A stretch of DNA of 64,000 bases from Oikopleura dioica (Eukaryota; Animalia; Chordata), in the NCBI GenBank assembly GCA_907165135.1, contig OU015566.1:12524001-12588000 (forward strand), written 5' to 3'. The notes beneath the pieces are model-generated. The model did no database searches. It was not told the origin of the DNA and worked only from the letters and a program-made list of their open reading frames with translations. Positions within the stretch are counted from its first letter, which is position 1. Every line of letters begins with the position of its first letter. Of the stretch, positions 50,342 to 61,506 are shown one piece after another. Made by a program: the position numbers and the translations under genes.

Positions 50342-51864
50342 TTATCGATACAGTAAGTTGTAAATAAATGAGAAGACAAAGAGAAAAGACCCAAAGGTGG
50401 CGAAAAATGCACCCATATAGGCTCTGTAGCATTTTCTTTTACTGTAAGCGACGATCATCATTACTCCCGGAATGACGAACATGATGAGTCCAGCGAAAGA
50501 ACCGATGATGCCGGAGACGATGTCATAACTTGGGCAATAGATGGCGCCAAGTAGACAGACTCCAAAGAAAGAGGAGGCGAAGATAAATCTAAAAGGCTAA
50601 AAAATGAATTCTTATTGGTCATCTTTTACCTGTAAAGGAAGCCTGTATTTTCCGAAAGAAGCTTTCTAGCAGTAAGGGCAAAAACTGGATAAGCTCCGGT
50701 GACAGATCCAAGCGTTCCGATTCGAGCAAAGGCGATGATAAATGAGTGATTAGGGTAGCTCATCAAGAAATCCGGGTTGACAGATGAGCCAAAGCAGAGG
50801 AGGACGAAAGTTCCAACAAAGTTGTAGCAGACGAAAGAAGTTAAAAAAGAACCAGCGCTGATCCAAGGGTAGTTTTTCGGGCGCTCGATGCGGCGGTAGA
50901 TTTTAACTGAAGCTAAATGACCTGAATTGGATGAGAAAAGAGATCTGGAGGTTGAATTTACCTTGATAAGCAAAGCAAAAAAGAGGAAGTGCAAGAAACA
51001 TCGATGATAAAGAAGGAGGCTTCAAATGCGTCGCGGTCGGAAGCATAAGCGCGTCAATAAGAGAGCGTTCTTCTGTCAAGACTTCAGACACAATGTCACT
51101 AGAATTGTTAATTCCTGTGAAATTCTCCGGAATGTTGAGGAAATAGTCCAGAGCTGTTATGACACACGTGACCAGCATGCAGACCATTGCAATTGTCCCT
51201 GTGTGCTTCAAAAAAGCAACATTCTTCGCGACGGAAAACGGAAAAGGCAAAAGACAAAGCAGCGGCGCAAAAGAAGGTTTGAAATCGAAGAAGGCTTTTC
51301 CTTGATCTATGATCACGACAAAATACGCCATGCTACTGCCAAGCGAGTAGATGAAGAAGATGACTTTGATGATTTTGTCGACCTTGCTTCCGAGAACAGC
51401 GGTGACGATGTCTTCGTACTCGTCGCAGTTGTGTTTTCTTGCTATCATACCTTTTATGCGGTCGAAAGATGAAATGAAAACTAACAAATGAAATAATCTT
51501 TTGACCGCTTTCCTAAAGCATTGATGGTAATCCAGCAAAAAGCAAGGAATGGAATTTGAATCAGAATTCCGTTCAGAATCCCTCCAGCGTAGACAAAGCC
51601 AAGTGGGAAGGAAAGCACCCCGATTCCGGCCATTGAGGAGACGAGTAGAGCCATCGCCGGAAAAGGCTTTAATTTGGTCTCTTCCGGCTCGTTGATAAGC
51701 GGCTCGGATTCGTGGTTGTACCAGGAAGAAACACGACTGTCTTTTAGGGAGTTGAGTTCGTCCTCGACATCTTCTATTTGTCCAATCTCGTCGTACTCTG
51801 GTTTGCTGGTGAAACTGATGTAACGGCCGACATAATCGGTTGTTTTCTCGATCAAGCTGTACAT
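50342..51864 (-). CDS. SLC38/SNAT-family amino acid transporter
   Basis: LLVSSMAGIGVLSFPLGFVYAGG, CDEYEDIVTAVLG, YSLGSSMAYFVVIIDQ, LKHTGTIAMVCML, LALPLFCFAYQG, YNFVGTFVLLCFGSSVNPDFLMSYP, IIGSFAGLIMFVIPG. About 11 TM segments across short introns. Confidence 0.93.
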
Positions 51865-52262
51865 TTCAACGCTTGTTTCTTTCCCTCTCTTCTATAAAAT
51901 CTTGTGAATCGATGACTTTTATGTTCAAATTCCGCGGGGAAGAAGCCTCTCATCCCCTGCTGCGCCATCTTGTAAAACAATCTTGTCCAATCACTTGCTT
52001 CCATGCTCACTCGAACGAGCCATTTTTGAGGCCTTCTGGCTTGTGTTCCGGCTCCGACTGGAAATTACCGGACTTACTTACTGATTACAATCAAAATGCC
52101 TTATCACACGACCTTATCGATTCTCGTATTTTGAAAATTCTAAGACTAAGCGATAAATAATTTTTTATTCGAAGACGACTCTGATTATTTACAAGCAAGA
52201 CGCATAAAAACATGGACACAGTACATTTTCTTCTTTGACAGTAATTAGTAATTTTCTCAAGC

Positions 52263-52967
52263 TCAAACAGGCATTCTTCCTCTGAAACGTCTCCTTCCTC
52301 CTTTTTGTCCTGGAAGACCAAAATGCAGCAGGTAGTATTGACTGGCTCCTCGTTTTTCAAGACGCTGAAGCTCAAATTGTAATCATCAGTTTTTGTTTTT
52401 CATGTACCTGTTGTTGGGCGGATCTTTTGGTATCAAAGGAGCCGTTCTGTCGCGGGAAAGCTTCCATAATCTGAAAGAAAAGATAATTTGAAAGGACGTC
52501 CTACGTTGATCTGACATTAATTTCTAATAATATGATGCAGACTTTTCTAACAAGCCAAAGTCTTGTCCGATAGTCTGTCTTTCCATAATAAAATAATGAT
52601 TGATTTCACTGTTAATCAAATTTAATTTCAAGAAGAAATGTTTTCTTTTCGAGGTCTAGGTAAAAATATGCAGTACTTACGTAGTTACTTTCTGTCGCCT
52701 TGAAAAACTCCCATAATTTTCGAAGATTGTTTACTAAAGAGAAGGTTTCTCTCTCAAAATCGTCATCAAAATCACCTGTTTCTGGTGATCTGTGCTCTTC
52801 TCTAGTTTCGTACAAGTCAAAAACATCTTCCATTTCCTGGAGAAATTGGTCTACATCACCATCTCTAGCGAACACATCTCAAAAAAGGTTAATTCTCTCT
52901 TCGTTGATTTTCAGTTACCTCCGACCAAAAATATATTCGACAGCAAAAACGTAAAGTCCAGTCTCAT
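52263..52967 (-). CDS. Small secreted prepropeptide (candidate neuropeptide/hormone precursor, ~150 aa, 5 exons)
   Basis: Canonical GT-AG, phase-consistent splicing gives MRLDFTFLLSNIFLVGDVFA-RDGDVDQFLQEMEDVFDLY..ATESNYTDYRTRLWLVRKIMEAFPRQNGSFDTKR-SAQQQLQRLEKR-GASQYYLLHFGLPGQKGG-RRR-FRGRMPV*. Confidence 0.65.
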
Positions 52968-53573
52968 TTTCTTCAAAAATCGCCTTGCGAAAAATGTCTT
53001 TTATAGACGGCGGCGGAGCGCGTTTCATCCGCTAGAGAGCGAAAGTAATGGTCTTATCCTATTAGATTAAATATAAATAGAAAATATCGTGGATCACAGC
53101 GGACATTGCTTATCCGCTTTGAGACCTAATTACTCTTCTTTGAAAGTGTTCCTTCTTGCCTGTAATTGATCATCAAGGCATATTAAATATGATGATGAAT
53201 GAAACTGAAAGAAAATCACATGCAACAAACTTATTTTGAAAAGGTCGCTTGAAAATCGCTTGAAGATCGCTTGAAGAAATTTTCCGATTAAATTTATATG
53301 ACATCCATATTTTTATTAATCTAATGTTAAAAATTGCTGACAGCAATTCAAAGTCAGACTTGAATCACATTATCATGGACCATGATTCATGGTCTTATCA
53401 AAAATCAACAAATGAGGATGTCTTAATATTATTTATTGCTGCAGAAATAAGGCCTTCCTTTTATTCAATCTTTTATCTTGTTTAATCATTTTAACTGGTT
53501 TAAATCTTGAGTTTTCAAGCTCAAGTTCATCTGTCAAATCTGAAATGGACAAAAATACTGCATTTTTGGACGT

Positions 53574-56500
53574 ATGTGTGTTCGATTTTGGAATTACCTC
53601 TGGGAATTCAAAAGCAGCTCGTGGCGGCAGCTTTCATTAACCCTGGCCAGCTCTTTCCGAGCTACGAAATCTGAGAAAAAAAAAGAGTTCTTCAAAATGT
53701 CTATTCCCTTTTTTGACGAGAAAACGCGCTCCAAGGCTGGTTCTTTTAAAGTTCAGTTTGATTTATTTATACCAGACGGTATTTAAAGACCCTTGAAAGG
53801 CTTCTGAAATCCTTGGGAAAGCCCTGAGATCCTTTTGGATTACTAGCTCGTGTTGCAGATGTGCTCATTCAGGGAACAGCTCGCTTCTTGGAAGTCCGGT
53901 TTCCACCATTCAAGATCAGGTTCGATTCTTATTTGCATATTTTGTCGATAACCGTATGTAGCCTCTTTTGTCCGAAGTGACGGATTTATGCCAAACATGC
54001 GGATCTCCTCAATCCACGTCACCAGCTCCGCCTCTAGCATCATTACTGACCGACGATGAAAAGATTAATCACCAGAAACTCTCAGGTAGATAAATAAGCA
54101 ATCATGTTATGCAAAATCTAACTTCAGAAAACCCCTCGGATTTGTCTGTTCTGGGAGACGCGCCAGATCATCTGCTACCAAGAAAGATCAGCGGCTTGCA
54201 GAGGCCAACAACGCTTCCAATTTTTCAATACACAGGTAAGTACCAATCAATGAATTTCTTTTTGACACTTTCAGAAATTGTCCCAAGATCTCCAAGACAA
54301 CAAGCCTTTGGGCTTCTTACACTCGAGCACTACACTTATCAAGAATCACTCATCATCGTCCAGTAATCTAATCAACCCTAAACTCGACTATAACACCATC
54401 TTTCTATAGCCACATGGCTTCGTTGATCCACACCCAGAATCTGGGAAAAAGTCAATTGGCGGCAGAATTGTCGCTGGCAATGCGCACGATGCGTAAAAAT
54501 CTTTCGCCGCCAGTTGCGATCGAAGCTGTCAATCTCGTCCAAAGGTATATCAACAAATTTCCCCTCCTCCCCATACAAATTCATTCAAGAGCGCTCTGCA
54601 GAGCGCAGAACAAAACGCTCTGCGAGGAGATCGTCAAGGATCAGGGATTCATTCGCGTTGTTGGAAGTCTTCACAAAAATCGAAACTTCTTGGAAAACAA
54701 ACAACTCTTGACTCTTGCTAAAAATCTTCTTCGCCTTCGCTGGAGTCTTCAATACTCGACGATCCCTGATTTCATCAATTCTTGTAAGATCTCCGACATG
54801 GAAGAAAACTTTGAAACTGATGAGGTCACCCTTTTCTGCCAATGCCTCCACAATGTTCATCTCATGAGCAGTCTGGACGAGAACTTGACGGAAAACATGG
54901 GTCAAAGTGCTGTTCGGATTTTGGACGGCTATGTTGCCAGTGAAATTGATGATGATGAGCTTTCCAGTACTCTTTATCGAGGTTAAACAAAGGTTGAATA
55001 ATAGAGATCGATTTTTTTAGTTACTTTGCTGTTCAAATGCTTTGGAAAAAAGATGAATTTTTGTCAAAAACGGCAAATTGGAGAGCTCTTCATAAAAATG
55101 ATTGGTAAGATTTGTATTTTTTAATGTGTATATTATTAATTGCTGCATTATTTAATCTAAAATATTCAATAATTCACCACATGATTATTCTGCATCGTAG
55201 ATAAAGGAACATTGACAAGCGACTTCACCTTCGACGACGGACGGCTGGCCGTTATTCACGTGCTAGACGCGTTCTACCGCGCTGAAGCCGAATTAAACGG
55301 CTTTCGCGCGATCTTCAACACGTGCTGCAACGAGCTTGCCGAGAGCCAGCATGCCAAGTTGACGTCGCAAGATGTCTCGGCATTATTGCGCTGCTTTCAG
55401 AAGTTCAAAGAGCAAGGTTAATCTTAAAAAGTTATATCAACCATTTTGATTGTTTTCTTTAAAGATAATGGCGCTGTGAACAAATGCTTGTCGAAAATTG
55501 CGGATGCGATGTATACTTCAATTATTTCAGGTAGAATTAAGGGTCTCTCTTGAACAAACGGAGTCTTCTAGACATGGAAACAGTCAAAGCCCGCGACTAC
55601 ACCAAAAACGTCAAAACCCTCACCGCGAAATACTTCTACTCCGACCGCCTTTTCTACGTCTTTTGCTCAATCGTCGAAAGAGACCTCGAAGCGAAATGCT
55701 CTCGCAAAGCGTCTGATAAGAACATTTGCGCGAAATCGTGTCGCTTTCTCGATTTCTGCGCCCTGGCAGATGCACTCGATGCTATTTCTCAAATCAACTT
55801 TATCTTCAAAAACGAAGTTTATCATCGTCAATTTTTGGAAAAGATCGAAAATCGACTCTGCGATTTGAAGACATGGAAGAGTCTCTTTAGCTCGCAAGTG
55901 AAGAATAAATCGTCCAAGATCGCTTTCGTTCTCCAACACTTTCAAACCTTCGGATACTTCCCGAAGAAATTCATCAGCGCAACGAATAGTGCCAATCAAA
56001 GTCGTTTGGCATTCATCCTCGCCAATAAGAACAAAAAAGTGCATTCTCAGTTGAAATCCTGGGCACTCTACCAGAATGCGGTCAGCTACAATGTTGCTCT
56101 GTAAGTCATTTCCACTGTAGTCCCCAATTTTGAACTTTTCTCAGGAAGAAGAGCATATTTTCGACAATGCTAAAAGCCGACTTTTCTGATCAACCCCGGT
56201 CATTGATGACCATGGAGACAAATATCCTTCAACTTTTAGGAACTCGGCTCCAGAATCCAAATTGAAGACCGCCTTTCCTTCAAGTTGTGAGCCGAGGGTT
56301 CAGTTATTTTCTTCAAGCCGCCGAACAAAATCACTCAAGAGTACAGCCCCGGACATAATATCCCCTATTTTGTCATCAATAACGACTTTGTGATTTTGCC
56401 CCTTCCTCGGTCTAGATTCTCACGCGATGCTAATGGAACGATCCCTTCTTTGGCGAGACTAAATGGACGAGTAGTACCGACGGTCAGAGTGGCTATTTTG

Positions 56501-59500
56501 GACAAAAAATAGGGGTCTATCCATCCAAATTCCATCCAAAAAATTTCTAACCGGGTCTATCCATCCAAAATCCAATCCAATCCAATTTTCGCCCAATTCC
56601 CAACTAAAATCGAATTCCAAGTTCTTCCAAAATTCCAACTTTTCCCAATTCCCAATATGCCCCGATTCCATTGGATTTCCAATATTTTCCAGCTAGCAAA
56701 TTCAAAAAAAACAAACAATTAATACTTATTCTTCAAAGTTTATTTCTGTAGATCCAAGGGCAATGTCTAGGATTGTGCTGGCAGCAAGTTTATGGCGTCG
56801 AATAGATCGCATCAATGTCGTGAAACTGAAGGCTCGCTCCAGGCTTGAACTTGAGACGGAAGAGTGATGAAGCTAAGAAATGCTTTATTTTTAAACTCAA
56901 AAAAACCGAACCATTAATCCGATTCTGCTCAATCTTGGCAAGGTTTCAGCGTATCGCCGCCAGAACTCTCCAACAATATCATCTTCCACAACCTTCTTCA
57001 TTGCGCAATACTTCTTGTCTAATTTCAAATTAAGTAGATTAATGATGAAAATTACTTACGCGCTTCTATATCAGTATCATTTACTTCGTCGTACTGAGCA
57101 ATCTCTTCTTCGATCTTGGAACGGATTTCTTTTGGCTTTCCTAGTCCGCGGCGGTGACTAAGTGGGCCAACAGCGTTATTTTGGCTGTCACATTGAACAT
57201 TATTAACGCCAGCTTCAAGGAGCTGTAACAACTGTTCATCTGTCAGCTCGTCGTCTTCCATTGTTCGATCAACCTCTGTGATCCAGTTCTTCGCTTTTTC
57301 GAGCCAATCCTTGGTTCCGTCGACGAGTACTTTCTGAATTATTTAATTTTTTTGGCATGAAGATAAATACATACCATTATTTTGGAGATGATTGGGACTC
57401 GGGAATCTTTCATTTTGGCGACGACTGGATGAAAATTCATCGCTATCGATGTAGAGTCGGGTGCCAGGTAAATGCTTGCCAAGTCTTTGTTGGTAAAACG
57501 AAGGGGTACTTGACATGGGACATCGTTTCCATTCATATCAATCCGCTTTTTTGTAACCTGTTCCACCACACTGATGAGCACAGCCTTCGCAAATCTGGAT
57601 TCCTCGGTCCGACTGATTGTGATTCGATTGACGCACTCAATCATTATTCGTTCGATTTGCTTGTTGTACGCTGATCCGCAGGCAAGCGAGTCAGACTCGA
57701 GAATATTGATACTGCGATGAATTTCGATAAGAAGAGGGTTGATCGATCGCGCAAACTGCAGATCTGGGACTGGACACTCAGCGAGAAGATGGCGTTGAGG
57801 GTGGTTGATAGAAAAGAGGTTGTTTAGGCTATCTTCGCTCAAAAGGAGACGCTGAACTCCATAGATTAATTTCCGGAAGCGCGTGGAGCCGGAAATTCGA
57901 TCGATGGCCTTCCCTTTCTCCTTTCTGTTGAGGAATGCATCCGTCTTTTCTTCAACAAGTCGTTTGACTTGATCGTCTTCAAGAATTTCAGTACTCGCTT
58001 TTATTTTTGCATTATAAAACTCTTTTATAAGCAAGCGATTAGTCACTTCTTGAGAAATCAAAAACGCATTGATTGACTTGTATCCGACACCAGCCGGAAG
58101 ATCACTCGCCGATACTGTAGCTTCACACTTGTCGATGAATTTTTCAAGTGATTCGTACTTCTTATCCTTCGGTCCACCTGGTCTGAGATTTTGTTCGCAC
58201 GCTCTCTTAAGGTTGCAACACATTGAATGACTTCCGCAAATGCTACGGTTGATCGTAAAATGCTCGGGCACGGACTCTGCTGCCTGATCGCTCACAATGC
58301 AGACCAAGTTTTCTCTATCGCATCGGTAAGGTTGTATTCTTCAAATATCTGCTTCAGTTTTTCTATGGTGTGATCCGCAGTTGAGTCCGGCATCGGAACA
58401 TAACCGATCAAACAGTTCCAAAATCCGTTTTTGCAGCGAATATTGACCTCAACCCCGAGTATCTTCCAGAGCGTATTTTCTTTAGTTTTCACGTATTTGT
58501 GGTCTTTAAAGGATATTAAATTGTTAATAAGACAAATTATTCAAAAATTTTTAAAGAAACTTTGAAATCCTTATCCTAGAGAAATTGACAGGCGGCCCTT
58601 TTTTGCCATTTCCGGAAGAATCTGTTGAAGGCGCTCCCGAATTTTCTTTGCCTCTTCTTTCATGTATATTTTGATGGCATCCTTCGAAAGGCAAAGTTGA
58701 TTGATGAGCATCTGGCTAAAGGATACATTTTTGAGAAGGCAGCGCATCAGGGCCTTGACAGAGTCATGTGACCAAAACCGGAAGCTTGTTCCGGTATCGC
58801 GCATGACTTGCAGAACTTTCTTCTGGACATCAACTCTGTGGTCCTTGGTGTTATTCAGAAGCGCGAGTACTCTCTGCTCATCTGGTGCTTGCGCGTGGCG
58901 ATCCACAATCGGTTCGAGAGTCTTTTTATAGACATCTGTATTTTGATCGTATGTATGGAATGGCTTAAGGTTTTTTAAGAATTTTTACAAAATGCAAATT
59001 TTACCTCTCCTCTGCATTTTTTGCACTTAGCTCCATCTATTCTTGCGCAGCGCAAGTAGCAAGTCGGAAATCCCTCGAAATAGTACTCTTCAAATTCAAG
59101 GTTGAGCTCTCGAATCTTGTCTTGTAGTTTTGTAGGGGTCCATTTCTTCCATTCACCAGTCGGTTGCTCACTTTTTTCATCAGCAGTAATTTCCGCTTTC
59201 TTTCTATCAACCTCTTCTTTTCGTTTATCCTTGTCTTTTTCGTCACTCGCCACATAAATGCATCTCTTGGAACGCTTGGCAGGTGGACTCATCCCTTCTG
59301 AAAAAAGGTTGACTAGTAAAAGAAAAGAAAATGCCATTTAAATCGCAGTAAAACTCTCTAATGATCAGTATTTATCCGTCTGAGAAAGGTAGACTGCGCG
59401 TGATGAGTGTAGGTTGAGAACAAACCTGATTGGTCGAGCATTTTTTCGCAATTTTTTCTCGGATCCAATCTTGCCAACAACTGCCAATTCCCCAAGAAGA

Positions 59501-59842
59501 TCCAATTTTCCAATGTCGCCAATCCCCAATTTCCCCCAATTACCCAATTTTACCCAATAAAATCCGATACCCTGGCCATCCAAATTCCATCCAAACCTTA
59601 TTGGATTGGATCCAATCCAATTCCAACTAACCCCCAAGTCCAAAATAGCCACCCTGCCGACGGTGAGACTGCTCAGGCTCAAATACAAGCACAGAATCAT
59701 CTTTATTCCGCATTATGAGTTTGACTCGCTTCAAGGAGGAAACAAAGGAATGGCTTCGAAACAATGGTTAATGAGTTACAGGGTGGCATTCTTCCATTAT
59801 GGACGTTCCATCATGGAGCCTTCATTAGTAATCAATTATTAA
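53574..59842 (+). CDS. Helical-repeat protein with a C-terminal RAP-like domain (FASTKD-like), last exon interrupted by a hAT transposon
   Basis: About 11 exons. Removing 56485-59664 restores an open frame ..NDFVILPLPRSRFSRDANGTIPSLARLNGRVVPT-VRLLRLKYKHRIIFIPHYEFDSLQGGNKGMASKQWL.., which resembles the RAP pattern (RLL..vi.IPyyEw..l). Family assignment is by motif recall only. Apparent 1-nt frameshift at ~55541-55543. Confidence 0.55.
56485..59656 (-). mobile_element. Full-length hAT DNA transposon, 3172 bp
   Basis: 19-bp TIR CAG(A/G)GTGGCTATTTTGGAC (1 mismatch). Perfect 8-bp TSD CCGACGGT (56477-56484 and 59657-59664). (T/A)TCCAA subterminal arrays at both ends. Internal transposase gene. Confidence 0.95.
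56726..59292 (-). CDS. hAT transposase, 6 exons, apparent 1-nt frameshift at ~58309-58312
   Basis: Basic N-terminus (MSPPAKRSKR), CKKC BED-like region, RLSISL-D-HKY (first catalytic D), VCIVS-D-QAA (second D), CxxH motif ICGSH, dimerisation domain EFWRRYAETLPRLSRIGLM..SSSSL-E-RAFS. Confidence 0.9.
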
Positions 59843-60181
59843 AACTTGGAAAAGTACTCTTGGTAGTTTAATAATTAACTAAAAAGCCAGATTCAGGACC
59901 AAGTGTAGCTCAGTTCGCCTATCTGTCCCAGAAGATACTTAGGAAGGTTGTGAAAGTTTAATGTTGTAAGTAAGAAGTTCTTACTAAGAACTGTTTGAAA
60001 TTGAATCTTTCACTCCTATCAAAGTTTGAATTCGGCCTTCCTTCAATAAAATTTTATCTCGTTCAATAAATAAAAATAAGTAAAACTACGAGTCTAGTTT
60101 TTAATGTTTTTCTGATTTTTATTGCGAAAAAGATGATAAAGGCAAGTGAAAAAGTTGAAAGAAGGCCTGCCACGTGAGCGC

Positions 60182-61388
60182 CTAATTCGTATCGCCGGCT
60201 CCTGTCGGAATGGTCAGTCGATTCTTGATTCGCAAGGTGATCATCTGAAGAGCAAGATCTTCGACGAACTTTTCTCTGGCGGACTTTTCCTTCGACTTTT
60301 CTAAAGAAGCATTTGATTCGCGCCATTTCGCGAAGGGGAATTTCAGGTCGATTTTCTCCGCTTTTTTCTTCTCGTTTTCTTCTACTGGCTTTTTCTTCGT
60401 CTTCTTCTTTTTGGATTTTTTCTTCTCCAAAGCAGCTGCGGGATGTTTTTCTTTCGAATCTTTTTCGGCTTCTTTGACGATCTCAGTCTTGTCGATTTTC
60501 TTGAGAACGTTGTCCTGACTTGGTTCTTCTTTACTCTTTGTCTTTGATTTTTTCTTTTTCGCCAGTTTGTTTTCTACTTTCTGTTTTGCTTTTTCGTCTG
60601 ATTCTTGTTTTGCCTTTTCTTCTTCGTGAATTCTAAGGAAGTTGTGAGAATGAAGTTGTGCGCTTTGAGGTTGATTTTACCTGATATTCATTTTGTGGAA
60701 CGCTTCAAAGTCGAGAATTCCGGCTCCTCGATGTTGTTGAGGATGATAATTTGGTTCATTATTTTTCGGCTTGATTTCTGGCTTTTTCTTCTTTTCGCCG
60801 AAAAGGCTCATTATTTTTGGATTGTGCTGCATGTACCCATTCTTTACTTTTGGCACTTCTTCTTTCTTCTGTTTGAGGTTCAGTTCTGCTTCTTCAAAAA
60901 AGCCTTGGCATCCGTGGAAGATTCCCTGGCTTCGTAGATCTTTGCAGACTTGGCAGAACTCTTGCCAGTGGGGCTTTGGTGGACCAGACATGCCCTTCTT
61001 TTCGTTCAGTTCGATGAGATGATAAGGCTCTACTTTCTGGAAGCAGCGAGCGCACTGCTGCCATCTGCCGCAAAATGCATAGGAGGAGTTCCAATGATTT
61101 CCGCAGCTTTTCTTTGTTCCTACGAAAAGTAAAGACCTCGCTTTTGAGATAATCATACCTCTGCATTTGAAATTGCCGAATAATCGTCCCGTACACTTGA
61201 TTTTGTAAGGCTCTGTCTCGATTTCGCAGCAGGGACAGTTCTGTACTTCCGCCTTATCAAAAAATTTTTCTTCATAAATTTCAACCTCGACTACTCGGTA
61301 CCTGATGGTCTGCATTTTTCCACTTTGGATTCTCAGCACAGTGGTAACTTTCGCATTTAAAATAGCGAGTAATTCTGCCTGCCGGCAT
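60182..61388 (-). CDS. Tandem 3CxxC zinc-finger protein (ZCCHC24/ZAR1/RTP-type domain) with Lys/Glu-rich tail, paralogue 2
   Basis: MPAGRITRYFKCESYHC..W..HQ|AEVQNCPCC..EPY, then GRLFGNFKC..SCGNHWNSS..WQQCARC..VEPY..PHWQEFCQVC. Confidence 0.8.
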
Positions 61389-61506
61389 TCTCTCTTCGTA
61401 AAAACCCACTCTGCGAGAAATGATAACAAGCGAGTTCGAGAAAAATGAGACGAAATTGTTATCTAGAAACACTTAAATTTATTTGAGTTGGAGGAGATTG
61501 AACAGT

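Noticed and set aside
53300-54043. Possible minus-strand exons overlapping the start of the FASTKD-like gene
   Set aside because: Splice phases are inconsistent and would require a 25-nt intron, whereas the plus-strand model has several consecutive phase-matched GT-AG introns.
60063-60326. Hydrophobic ORF that could give the 3CxxC protein an RTP-like C-terminal TM anchor
   Set aside because: It is out of frame with the spliced gene and the hydrophobic part lies in T-rich sequence after the stop. It would need an unsupported frameshift.
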